DNA of 64,000 bases from Candidatus Fraserbacteria bacterium (GCA_037442925.1 JBBIPG010000001.1:1368-65367); one strand, 5' to 3'; positions 1 through 8,274 are shown, numbered from the stretch's first letter. Made by a program: numbers and translations. The notes: a model not told the origin generated them from the letters alone.

Positions 1-106
1 GATCAAGAGTTGCATCCTGTTGCACAGCAGCTCCAATGCTGAGCGAGCTGCCCAGGAGCACCAGGGTCACAGCCAGACCGACCAACTTGAGGTTCTTCTG
101 CAACAT
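1..106 (-). CDS. Secreted hypothetical protein, paralog of the 1364..1954 product (C-terminus cut by window edge)
   Basis: Reverse-complement of 1..106 starts ATG and translates MLQKNLKLVGLAVTLVLLGSSLSIGAAVQQDATLD, a signal peptide near-identical to the 1364..1954 product. AGGAGG SD 8 nt upstream. Confidence 0.5.
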   Translation of the reverse strand, partial: MLQKNLKLVGLAVTLVLLGSSLSIGAAVQQDATLD

Positions 107-168
107 TGTCTATCTCCTCCTTTAGGAGTTTGGGTTTAGAGAGGAGCGCTCGACTCTCCTGCCCTCAC
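78..168. repeat. 91-bp near-identical segment (copy 1) covering start codon, SD and 5' leader of the secreted-protein gene
   Basis: Matches 1926..2016 with about one mismatch, read by eye. Confidence 0.7.
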
Positions 169-193
169 GGTAGTTCCAATGGAAGGCTTTGGA

Positions 194-257
194 CCATCAA
201 AAACTCGATAGAAATAGCATCGTATTTGCGACGGATAGAGCATCAAAGATTTGATGG
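194..257. promoter_or_regulatory. Divergent promoter region with operator-like palindromes (copy 1)
   Basis: Three elements: a degenerate site near 194-211, CATCGTA-tt-TGCGACG near 218-233, and GCATCAA-AGAT-TTGATGG at 240-257. They are homologous to the array at 2042..2105. Confidence 0.4.
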
Positions 258-325
258 ACGACGAGAACGTATGACTATATGATCGGGTTGATCTCTGTAG
301 TGAATTGAATGGAAGGGAGGGAACT

Positions 326-1291
326 ATGCTCAAGATTCTAGTGTTGGTGATTGCCGCCCTGACCCTGCTCATCTGGCAAGTGTGGCCTATGATCTATCAG
401 GCAAGTGTAACCTCCATGTGGAGCATTGGAGAGGGGACGACTCAACAGATCTCTCTTTCTGACATGAAGAAAATCGAAACTTCAGAGGGCATCATCTACT
501 ATGAGGCGGGACAGGAGCAAGTTGCCCAAGACATAGCTGAAATACTCTTCAGGAGCCGCCGATTGATTCGACAACATCTGGGAATCGATCCTCATCTGCC
601 ATCGATCGTGCTCGTCCCTCAGCAGCCTGGGGTCGGTAGTGTAATCCTCAAGGGGATTATCGCCATTCCGCTTATGGTCCCCCCCGACATGAAAAGCCTC
701 AGGGATGCTGACGCGATAACAGATCTTTTTGTTTATTGGGTGGTACCTCATGAAAGTGTAGAATTAGTAATCGCACCGATACTCTATCACGACCGTTCCA
801 GTCGCTGGATAGGAGATGGATTAGCGCAGTACGCGGGCTATCTTGTCGCTCAGGAACTCTTCCCACAAGGGCTGGAGCGGTTCATGCGTGGCGAGTATCA
901 GCGAGTGGAGGCTCTTCTCGCGCAGGGGAACAGCGTTTACGACTTGACGAGGGAATTCTTGGTCCGAAGAGCTGAATCGGAGAACTTGCTGTCGCCACGT
1001 AACCCAGAGGAGTGGGCAGGCTATGCGGTTTCCTTGGCCCTCTGGCTCGACATCGCTAGGCGCTATGGTGAGGAAGTGATTCGAGAGCTTTGGCATAGGG
1101 TGAGCCAGCTCTCTCGCTGTGTTCTATACGTCATTTGCTTGAGCCGTCCTACAGCTAAAGATGCGGCCCGCATCCTCAGCGAGTTGACCGGAGAAGATAT
1201 TTGGCATCGCATCCAAAGCATGGATCTTCAGAAGGTTCTCGAAATCCTAAAGGCAGCTGACTCTCGAAGCTTTCCCAGCGAGGCTCCCTGA
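326..1291 (+). CDS. Membrane-anchored hypothetical protein (N-terminal TM helix, about 300-aa extracytoplasmic domain)
   Basis: ORF 305..1291. Likely ATG at 326 after AAGGGAGGG SD. Hydrophobic N-terminus LKILVLVIAALTLLIW. No family recognised; an HESVE motif was noted. Confidence 0.55.
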   Translation: MLKILVLVIAALTLLIWQVWPMIYQASVTSMWSIGEGTTQQISLSDMKKIETSEGIIYYEAGQEQVAQDIAEILFRSRRLIRQHLGIDPHLPSIVLVPQQPGVGSVILKGIIAIPLMVPPDMKSLRDADAITDLFVYWVVPHESVELVIAPILYHDRSSRWIGDGLAQYAGYLVAQELFPQGLERFMRGEYQRVEALLAQGNSVYDLTREFLVRRAESENLLSPRNPEEWAGYAVSLALWLDIARRYGEEVIRELWHRVSQLSRCVLYVICLSRPTAKDAARILSELTGEDIWHRIQSMDLQKVLEILKAADSRSFPSEAP

Positions 1292-1324
1292 GTTGCTGGC
1301 TTTGGCATGACAGAAATGTGAAGA

Positions 1325-1351
1325 GGGCCAGCCGGATTCCCAAGCTGGCCC
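1325..1351. terminator. Terminator-like hairpin between convergent genes
   Basis: GGGCCAGC-N11-GCTGGCCC 8-bp stem. No clear U-tract on either side. Confidence 0.3.
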
Positions 1352-1363
1352 TCGACCGTCGAA

Positions 1364-1954
1364 CTAGAAGATTGTACCTCCGACGCAGACCTCAACGAAG
1401 AAGGGGGGAATCTCCACCTTAATGCAAACTCTGCCACTTACTATGACGCCACCTCCTCCGGCAAAGTCTCCTCCCAGACCGACTCTTACCAGAAGCTGGC
1501 CATCGCTGGGTGATCCTTTCTTAGGACCTTCTGTATCAGCTGCTGTCGAGTTTGCGGCGAACACAGGGTAGAGGCCTTTGGAGTAGATCTGGCCGTTTAT
1601 CTCCGTTGTCTGGCGCACGTAGAGTAGACCCATGAGCAGGAGGCCACGCTCGTTCTGGGTGAAGTCTTGGATCTGCTCTTTGACTTCGTCCGTCAACTTC
1701 ACGGGCACGAAGATCGCTCGTCCAAGGGGATCGATCACGGCTTTGGGAAAGTCAAACGCCCGCGGATCGTAGCCCGATGCGATCATCTGCGACAGCAATT
1801 CAGCAACTAACGCCTGTCCAGCTGCTTCGTCCGTGTTGAGCGTACCCGGATCAAGAGTCACGCCCTCTTGGGCCTGAACTGGCCAACCGCTTGAGATTCC
1901 CACAATCGCCAACGCGACTGCTAAGCCGACCAACTTGAGGTTCTGCTGCAACAT
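1364..1954 (-). CDS. Secreted hypothetical protein with Gly-rich C-terminus
   Basis: 196-aa ORF. Signal peptide MLQQNLKLVGLAVALAIVGISSGWPVQAQEG. C-terminus GLGGDFAGGGGVIVSG. AGGAGG SD. No family recognised. Confidence 0.6.
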   Translation of the reverse strand: MLQQNLKLVGLAVALAIVGISSGWPVQAQEGVTLDPGTLNTDEAAGQALVAELLSQMIASGYDPRAFDFPKAVIDPLGRAIFVPVKLTDEVKEQIQDFTQNERGLLLMGLLYVRQTTEINGQIYSKGLYPVFAANSTAADTEGPKKGSPSDGQLLVRVGLGGDFAGGGGVIVSGRVCIKVEIPPFFVEVCVGGTIF

Positions 1955-2016
1955 TGTCTATCTCCTCCTTTAGGAGTTTGGGTTTAGAGAGGAGCGCTCG
2001 ACTCTCCTGCCCTCAC
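1926..2016. repeat. 91-bp near-identical segment (copy 2)
   Basis: Matches 78..168. Confidence 0.7.
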
Positions 2017-2041
2017 AATAAGCGCAGCCAGAGTTTCCACA

Positions 2042-2105
2042 CCATCAAGTGTTTGATGGAAGAAGCATCGCACTTGCGATGGGAGAACCATCAAAGATTT
2101 GATGG
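2042..2105. promoter_or_regulatory. Array of three palindromic operator-like sites in a divergent promoter
   Basis: CCATCAA-GTGT-TTGATGG at 2042-2059, CATCGCA-CT-TGCGATG at 2066-2081, CCATCAA-AGAT-TTGATGG at 2088-2105. The two 18-bp sites are perfect inverted repeats about 46 bp apart. Confidence 0.5.
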
Positions 2106-2180
2106 ACAAGGTGTAACTATGTGTATATGATGGATACACGTCCTCTACGGAATTGAATCGAAAGGAACTAAAGGGAGGTG

Positions 2181-2381
2181 ATGAGAGTGCAACGTTCTCA
2201 AGCCAAGAACGACTGGCAGCTCACAGTCTATATTCCCAAGACGCTGCGTGGCGAAGATCCCATCATGCAGTTGAAGCATTTGGCTCTGAGTAAGCGGCGG
2301 TCGGTCAACTTCCTGGTCGTCGAAGCCATCCGTAAGTATGTGCAAGAAATGCAACATCAGAACCCACTTGAGCAGGGATGA
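2181..2381 (+). CDS. Ribbon-helix-helix (CopG/Arc/MetJ-like) DNA-binding protein
   Basis: 67-aa ORF. QLTVYIPKTLRGE (beta strand) followed by two helices (MQLKHLALSKRRS, VNFLVVEAIRKYV) fits an RHH fold. GGGAGG SD. Confidence 0.5.
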   Translation: MRVQRSQAKNDWQLTVYIPKTLRGEDPIMQLKHLALSKRRSVNFLVVEAIRKYVQEMQHQNPLEQG

Positions 2382-2573
2382 TTACTCGACTCTCACGATG
2401 CCGTGGGCAGTAGAAGTCTGAAACTGACTAACGAGACGCTCGCAGCCATGGTGGGCACAAGCCCTCAGACGGTTTCGAGTTGTTTGGGGAGACTCCAGCG
2501 CAGGGGAATCATCGCTCGTGAGCGGGGTTGGATCAGAATTCTCGAGCCAGATGGAATGGGCGCTTTTACATAA
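2382..2573 (+). pseudogene. Crp/Fnr-family HTH C-terminal remnant (no N-terminal cNMP domain, no start codon)
   Basis: Frame opens right after a TGA and reads ...LKLTNETLAAMVGTSPQTVSSCLGRLQRRGIIARERGWIRILEPDGM*, a typical Crp/Fnr C-terminal helix-turn-helix. Only about 60 codons, and no room for the sensor domain. Confidence 0.5.
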
Positions 2574-2598
2574 ATGGCAGACCAGGACAAAGCTACTT

Positions 2599-3435
2599 CT
2601 ACGATGCGCTACCCTTGAGATACCGATGGATCTCATCGCCTATGCGTTGAGCCTCTCGGCGAGCCGCTTGCGCGAAGTCTTTTTCGTTGGAAGCATAGAG
2701 GATGCCTCGCGAGATATTGATGATAACCCGCTCGCCCTGTGAGTTTACAGCCGCGCGAACGGCCTTTTCTAAATCCCCCTTCTGGGCACCGACACCGGGC
2801 ACGAGGATGAACATCTCTTCTCCCACGATCTCCCGCACGATTCGCAGCTCATCCGGGTAGGTCGCTCCGACGACCAGGCCAATCTCCCTGCCACTTTGAG
2901 TCTGCCAGTCCTTTGCCTTCCTTGCTACGATCTCAAAGAGCTTCTGATGCCCGCATGTGAGATCCTGCAAGTCGCGCGCTCCGGGGTTGGAGGTGCGACA
3001 GAGTAGAAAGACACCGCCGTTGCGATAAGCGAGGAACGGCTCAATCGAATCAAACCCTAGATAGGGATTGACCGTGACGGCGTCGCACCCGTAGACATCG
3101 AATGCCGCTTGCGCGTATTTGCGGGCCGTGTTGGCGATATCTCCCCGCTTAGCATCCAGAATCACGGGGATCTCTGCGGGAATGTGCTCTCTCGTCTCTT
3201 TTAGGATCTCAAGACCCTGCGGTCCCAAGGCTTCATAGAAGGCGCTATTGAGCTTATACGCACACACGAGGTCATGCGTGGCGTCAATGATCTGGCCATT
3301 GAACTCAAGGATTGCCTTCGGCCCACGATGTTCTTTGAGGGAGGGAGGTATTTGATCGAGATCCGGATCGAGTCCGACACAGAGCCAACTGCGCTGTTGG
3401 CGGGCGATGCGAAGAAGTTTCTCAGAAAAACTCAT
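2599..3435 (-). CDS. pyrF: Orotidine 5'-phosphate decarboxylase (type 2)
   Basis: LCVGLDPD and DAKRGDI motifs. ORF 2599..3549 trimmed to the MSFSEKLL start. Confidence 0.85.
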   Translation of the reverse strand: MSFSEKLLRIARQQRSWLCVGLDPDLDQIPPSLKEHRGPKAILEFNGQIIDATHDLVCAYKLNSAFYEALGPQGLEILKETREHIPAEIPVILDAKRGDIANTARKYAQAAFDVYGCDAVTVNPYLGFDSIEPFLAYRNGGVFLLCRTSNPGARDLQDLTCGHQKLFEIVARKAKDWQTQSGREIGLVVGATYPDELRIVREIVGEEMFILVPGVGAQKGDLEKAVRAAVNSQGERVIINISRGILYASNEKDFAQAARREAQRIGDEIHRYLKGSAS

Positions 3436-3492
3436 TCTAGCCATCCAGCATACCGGAACGTGCGAGCCGTTGTCAAAGCGGCAAGAAGGACA

Positions 3493-3522
3493 TTGACGTG
3501 TCCCTCGGTCTGGTCTTACAAT
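3493..3522 (+). promoter_or_regulatory. Putative sigma-70-type promoter for trkA
   Basis: TTGACG - about 18 nt - TACAAT immediately upstream of trkA. Confidence 0.4.
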
Positions 3523-3538
3523 AGCGCATTCACGTAGC

Positions 3539-4858
3539 GTGATCCCCATGCTTGTAGTAGTGATTGGAGCGGGTCAGGTCGGACAGAGCATCGCACAGGC
3601 GCTGCAGCATGACCACAATGTCATCGTCATCGAGCGCGATAAGGACAACCTGGAAGCCCTCGCCGAATACGACGTGATGACCGTCGAGGGAAACGGCGCC
3701 AGCTTGAAGGTGCTGCAGGAGGCGGGTGCAGACAAGGCCGATCTTGTGATCGCGTGCACGAACATCGATGAAGCCAACATTGTGGCGTGCTCCGGCAGTA
3801 AACAGCTGGGTGCAGCGTTCACCATCGCCCGTGTTCACGATACGGAGTATCTCGACACGTGGGAGCGTGGACGGTTGGGTGTCGATTTCATGGTCTGCAG
3901 CGAAGTGCTCACGTCAGAACTCATCGCTCAGATCATCGGCGTCCCGGCGGCACGCGAAGTCCACGCTTTCGCAGAGGGCCGTATCCTCTTAGCAGAGCTT
4001 CTGATCGAAGCAGGATCTCCGCTGGTGGCACAGCCGCTCCGAGCATTGGAGTTGCCGCAAGGAACGATGATCGCCAGCATCATCCGCGACGGCAGGGTCA
4101 TCATCCCCAAAGGGGACGATGTGATCAAGATTGGGGATCTCATGGTCAGCGTCGGGATTCCCGAGGCCGTCGGTCAGCTCAATCGACAGGCCACCGGACA
4201 ATCGACGCCGCAGAACATTGTCATCATTGGCGGAGGTCGGATCGGATTCCGACTGGCCGCCACCTTGGAAAGGCAGGGACTCCGACCGAAACTCATCGAA
4301 GCAGAAAGCGAACGAAGCCGCTGGCTGGCGGAGCAACTCCCACGAAGCCAGGTCTTTCAGAGCAGTGGCACGGACCTCGAGTTCTTGGAAGCCGAGCGGA
4401 TCGGCGAGTGCGAAGCCGGGGTGTGTGTCATGGATCGAGATGAGAAGAACCTCCTCTCGGCGTTGCTCCTCAAGAGCCTGGGTGTCAAGAAAGTCATTGC
4501 AGGAGTGGTGGATACGCACTTCATCAAGGTCTTCGAGCGCGTCGGGATCGACGTGGCAGTAAGCGCTCGCAAGGTGATCGCCGAAGAGATCATCCGCTTC
4601 ACCCAGAGCCGCATCACCGGGGTATCCGTCTTGGAGGGGGATCGAGCGGAAGTGGTCGAAATGACCGTCTCCCGCAAGAGCCCGCTGGTCGGGGTTCCTC
4701 TCAAAGAATCGTGTCTTCCCAGAGAAGCGATCGTCGGTGCCATCGTGAGGAAGAAACAGGTGATCATCCCTCGGGGCGATGACGCCGTACAATCCGGGGA
4801 TCGCGTGATCATCTTCAGCAAAAAGGAAGCGGCCTCTGAGGTCGAGCGACTGCTATGA
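3539..4858 (+). CDS. trkA: Trk potassium uptake protein TrkA (two RCK_N plus RCK_C)
   Basis: VVIGAGQVGQ and IVIIGGGRIG Rossmann motifs; 439 aa. Confidence 0.9.
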   Translation: MIPMLVVVIGAGQVGQSIAQALQHDHNVIVIERDKDNLEALAEYDVMTVEGNGASLKVLQEAGADKADLVIACTNIDEANIVACSGSKQLGAAFTIARVHDTEYLDTWERGRLGVDFMVCSEVLTSELIAQIIGVPAAREVHAFAEGRILLAELLIEAGSPLVAQPLRALELPQGTMIASIIRDGRVIIPKGDDVIKIGDLMVSVGIPEAVGQLNRQATGQSTPQNIVIIGGGRIGFRLAATLERQGLRPKLIEAESERSRWLAEQLPRSQVFQSSGTDLEFLEAERIGECEAGVCVMDRDEKNLLSALLLKSLGVKKVIAGVVDTHFIKVFERVGIDVAVSARKVIAEEIIRFTQSRITGVSVLEGDRAEVVEMTVSRKSPLVGVPLKESCLPREAIVGAIVRKKQVIIPRGDDAVQSGDRVIIFSKKEAASEVERLL

Positions 4859-6321
4859 AGTTGGTCGTTGACGTCCGATCTTCTGTCCATGTCATCGCCA
4901 TTCTCCTTCAGTGGTTTGCTTTGGCTTTCCTCTTGCCTCTGGCAGTTGCGTTCTTTTATGGCGAGATTCTCTGGCCTTGGCTGCTGTCTCTGGGGGTAGC
5001 GTTGCTGCTGGGCACGGGTCTGCGGGTGCTCACGCGCACGAGCAGAGAAATAAGAGCCCGCGAGGCGTTTCTAGTCGTCGGGTTGGGATGGCTCCTGGTT
5101 GCCCTGGTTGGATGCCTGCCTTATGTATGGCTAGGGGTACTCTCGCCGATCGACGCGCTGTTCGAGTCCATGAGCGGATTTACTACGACTGGTGCCACTG
5201 TGATCGCTGACATAGAGTCCCAGTCCCGATCTCTCTTGTTCTGGCGCGCTCTCAGTCAATGGCTGGGGGGAATGGGCATCATCGTGTTGGCCATTGCGGT
5301 CTTGCCCAGGCTTGCCGTGGGGGGACGACAGCTGGTGGAAGCGGAAGTCCCCGGCCTGGAGATGGAACGACTGGCTCCCCATATCCGCGACACGATCCGA
5401 ACGATCGGCAAAGTGTATCTCAGCTTGAGCTTGGCCGAAGTGCTGGTCCTGCTTGTTACGGGTGTTTCTCTATACGAAGCAGTGGCACACACGTTTACGA
5501 CGCTGGCCACAGGAGGCTTTGGCACACGGAGCCGAAGTATAGAGCCCTTCTCACCTCTCACGCAATGGGTCATCACGTTTTTCATGGTGGTGGGGGGCAC
5601 GAACTTCGCACTCTTCTATCGAGGGTATCGGGCCAAGCTGGGCTTTGGCTCCATCTTCGTTCGAGATGAGGAATTTCGCTTCTACATGGCGACCCTTCTT
5701 CTTGCCAGTCTATTGCTGTTCGTGAGTTTGCTGCGCCTGTATCCGGGAGTAGAAGAGGCACTTCGGTATAGCACGTTTCAAGTTGTATCCATTATGACTA
5801 CGACGGGCTATGCCAGTACAGATTTCAACGAATGGGGCTCGACTGCCAAGTTGATATTACTGGCACTCATGTTCTTGGGTGGGAGCGCCGGTAGCACGGC
5901 GGGCTCGATCAAGCTCGTCCGGACGCTGCTCATCTTCAAGCTGATATGGCGCGAGATCCGGCAGCTCCTGCACCCGCAAGCGGTCATACCCATCCGATTG
6001 GGGTCACGTGTGATCAGCGAGGAGGCTCTCAAAGGCGTGATGATCTTTGCCATCGTCTATGTGACGATTTTCGCCTTGGGAAGCATTCTGCTCATGTTGG
6101 ATCTAGAGCGCGTGGGTGGAGTTCAAGTGCTGGACGCGGTGAGCGCCGTTGCTTCCGCCCTGGGAAACGTGGGACCCGGCTTCGGGATTGTGGGACCGAT
6201 GGCCAACTACGCGACTCTGCCGGAGACGTCAAAACTTCTTCTGACAGCGCTCATGTGGATTGGGCGTCTGGAAATCTTCCCGGTGATTGTGCTCCTGACG
6301 AGAAGCTACTGGCGGGGATGA
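4855..6321 (+). CDS. trkH: Potassium transporter TrkH/KtrB family
   Basis: Multi-TM protein with GGFGTRS and TTTGYA-like selectivity motifs. ATGA overlap with trkA. Confidence 0.9.
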   Translation: MKLVVDVRSSVHVIAILLQWFALAFLLPLAVAFFYGEILWPWLLSLGVALLLGTGLRVLTRTSREIRAREAFLVVGLGWLLVALVGCLPYVWLGVLSPIDALFESMSGFTTTGATVIADIESQSRSLLFWRALSQWLGGMGIIVLAIAVLPRLAVGGRQLVEAEVPGLEMERLAPHIRDTIRTIGKVYLSLSLAEVLVLLVTGVSLYEAVAHTFTTLATGGFGTRSRSIEPFSPLTQWVITFFMVVGGTNFALFYRGYRAKLGFGSIFVRDEEFRFYMATLLLASLLLFVSLLRLYPGVEEALRYSTFQVVSIMTTTGYASTDFNEWGSTAKLILLALMFLGGSAGSTAGSIKLVRTLLIFKLIWREIRQLLHPQAVIPIRLGSRVISEEALKGVMIFAIVYVTIFALGSILLMLDLERVGGVQVLDAVSAVASALGNVGPGFGIVGPMANYATLPETSKLLLTALMWIGRLEIFPVIVLLTRSYWRG

Positions 6322-6325
6322 GCAA

Positions 6326-6934
6326 ATGGCTCAAGCCCGACGTACCTTCGTCATCTTGGGCCATACGGCTGCGATCACGCCTCACTTCACTCTCAATGAC
6401 CTGCCCGGAAGCGCCGGAAGACTCGACATTCTTTGTCGCTGCGTGACGGCTGCTTTCTGTCTCTCGCACGGCATTCGCACTGCTGTCCAGGTCTATCTGG
6501 TCTTGAGGGATCAAGTGGCCGTGCGCTTGGAGGGTTCCCGGCTAAAACGCTTGAACCCTGACGAGCACAGCACGGGTGCCCTGATCAAACGAGCGTTGGA
6601 GGCTTTACCCAACGTACGCCCCGGTGAGCAATGCGAGAGCACGCCGGGCGTCTTCGTCTCCCTCGGCGGATTGCAGACTGTTCTAGACAAACTCCAAGCA
6701 GAAGGAATCGCACTCTATCTGCTCCATGAGCACGGCAAGGACCTTCGCAGCGTAGAGATCAAGGAGCCAGTCGCCTTCGTCTTGAGCGATCACCAGGATT
6801 TCCACTCTTCCGAAGAAGCTCTTATGGCCGGCTACCCACGATTGAGTTTAGGCCCGGTAATTCTTCACGCCGATCACTGCATTGCGATTGTCCATAACGA
6901 GTTGGATCGCAGAGTAAGCCAGATGCTAAAATGA
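6326..6934 (+). CDS. trmY: tRNA (pseudouridine54-N1)-methyltransferase TrmY-like (SPOUT, DUF358/COG1901)
   Basis: LNDLPGSAGRLDILCRCVTAAFCLSHGIR and LHADHCIAIVHNELDRR match archaeal TrmY signatures, as recalled from memory. Confidence 0.65.
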   Translation: MAQARRTFVILGHTAAITPHFTLNDLPGSAGRLDILCRCVTAAFCLSHGIRTAVQVYLVLRDQVAVRLEGSRLKRLNPDEHSTGALIKRALEALPNVRPGEQCESTPGVFVSLGGLQTVLDKLQAEGIALYLLHEHGKDLRSVEIKEPVAFVLSDHQDFHSSEEALMAGYPRLSLGPVILHADHCIAIVHNELDRRVSQMLK

Positions 6935-6958
6935 ACCACTACAACTACTATTATTACT

Positions 6959-7438
6959 ATGGAAGGCAAACCCGTCCGTGAATCGCTCGTGGAGATGGTC
7001 CAGGTAGTGCGCCCGGGCGATGCCAATCCTCTCGGCATTGCATTCGGGGGCACGGTGGTGGCTTGGATGGACATGGCTGCAGGAGTGGCTGCAGTCCGCC
7101 ATGCGAGAAGACCGGTTGTGACAGCATCCATTGATAATCTCAGTTTCCTCTCGCCGATTCACATCGGTGAGTGGGTGGTCATCCGGGCGGCGGTCAACTA
7201 CACCCACCGAACGTCCATGGAGGTCGGTGTCTGGATCGAATCGGAGAATCCCTTGACCGGAGAGCGCAAACCCACAACCCACGGCTATCTCACCTTTGTG
7301 GCCCTGGATGATTCTGGTCAACCTACACCTGTGCCTCCTGTCTTGCCGGAAACGTATGAGGAGAAGCAGCGCTACGAGGAGGCCAAGCGACGACGGGAAT
7401 ACAAGCTCAAGATGCGCGACGAAGAGCCGAAGTCTTAA
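6959..7438 (+). CDS. Acyl-CoA thioesterase (hotdog fold, YciA-like)
   Basis: VRPGDANPLGIAFGGTVVAWMD motif. Confidence 0.75.
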   Translation: MEGKPVRESLVEMVQVVRPGDANPLGIAFGGTVVAWMDMAAGVAAVRHARRPVVTASIDNLSFLSPIHIGEWVVIRAAVNYTHRTSMEVGVWIESENPLTGERKPTTHGYLTFVALDDSGQPTPVPPVLPETYEEKQRYEEAKRRREYKLKMRDEEPKS

Positions 7439-7488
7439 GTGACTCCTCTGTTGATTGACGCTTCACTTTGAATTAGAATAGTGACAGG

Positions 7489-8187
7489 ATGAATTTCGAT
7501 CGGCAGGGGGCGGAGGAGTCGTTTAGCGGTTCGCCTCAAAAAGACCGCCAGCTCATGGTCGAACGGTTGCGCGCTCAAGGCGTCCGGGATGAGCGTGTGC
7601 TTGAGGTCATAAGCCGCATTCCCCGACACTGCTTCGTCGGTGAAGAGTATTGGGACCAAGCCTATGCGAATCACCCCCTACCCATTGAAGATGGTCAGAC
7701 GATCTCCCAACCCTATATTGTGGCACTGATGACGGAGCTACTGGCACCCAAACAGAGCGACAGAGTCTTGGAGATCGGGACCGGCTCCGGCTATCAGACG
7801 GCCATTCTTGCAGAGCTGACAGCGGACGTTTACACTATAGAGCGGTCTCGCGTGCTTTTGGAGAAGGCGCGAGCGCGATTGAAGGCTGCAGGATATCAGA
7901 ATGTGCACTTTCGTCTGGGCGATGGTACGGTGGGTTGGGAAGAATACTCACCGTACAGTGCGATCATTGCTACCGGTGCGGTCCCTAAGGTGCCGCCGTC
8001 GTTGATCCAGCAGCTGGCCGAGGGCGGCCGGTTGGTTCTTCCCGTGGGAGATCGACAAGTGCAAAGACTCTGGCTGATTGAACGTCACGAAGCAGAACTG
8101 GATAAGAGAGAACTCTGTTTCTGCAGCTTTCTGCCTCTGGTGGGAAAGGAGGGATGGCCTGAGGAGGAACGAACTCGCCATCATTGA
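7489..8187 (+). CDS. pcm: Protein-L-isoaspartate O-methyltransferase
   Basis: TISQPYIVALMTELL and VLEIGTGSGYQTAILAEL. Confidence 0.9.
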   Translation: MNFDRQGAEESFSGSPQKDRQLMVERLRAQGVRDERVLEVISRIPRHCFVGEEYWDQAYANHPLPIEDGQTISQPYIVALMTELLAPKQSDRVLEIGTGSGYQTAILAELTADVYTIERSRVLLEKARARLKAAGYQNVHFRLGDGTVGWEEYSPYSAIIATGAVPKVPPSLIQQLAEGGRLVLPVGDRQVQRLWLIERHEAELDKRELCFCSFLPLVGKEGWPEEERTRHH

Positions 8188-8274
8188 CATAGCGTGCGTT
8201 ATCGCATCGACGTGCAAGCTCATCCAACATCGCAATCGTAATCGTCCACTAACAAAGGGGAGGGGACACTACAT

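Noticed and set aside
136-372. 78-aa minus-strand ORF overlapping the divergent promoter region and start of the 326..1291 gene
   Set aside because: Spans the palindrome/promoter region and the RBS of a well-supported gene. No SD. Low-complexity translation.
2042-2105. Calling the palindromes FNR/CRP boxes
   Set aside because: FNR consensus is TTGAT-N4-ATCAA. Here the half-sites are in the opposite arrangement (ATCAA-N4-TTGAT within CCATCAA-N4-TTGATGG), so assignment to FNR/CRP is not justified from sequence alone.
3859-4890. Several long ORFs (3859..4443 +, 3989..4792 -, 4131..4562 +, 4357..4890 -) inside trkA
   Set aside because: Arg/Ser/Pro-rich translations typical of alternative frames in GC-rich coding DNA. 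trkA frame has clear Rossmann/RCK motifs.
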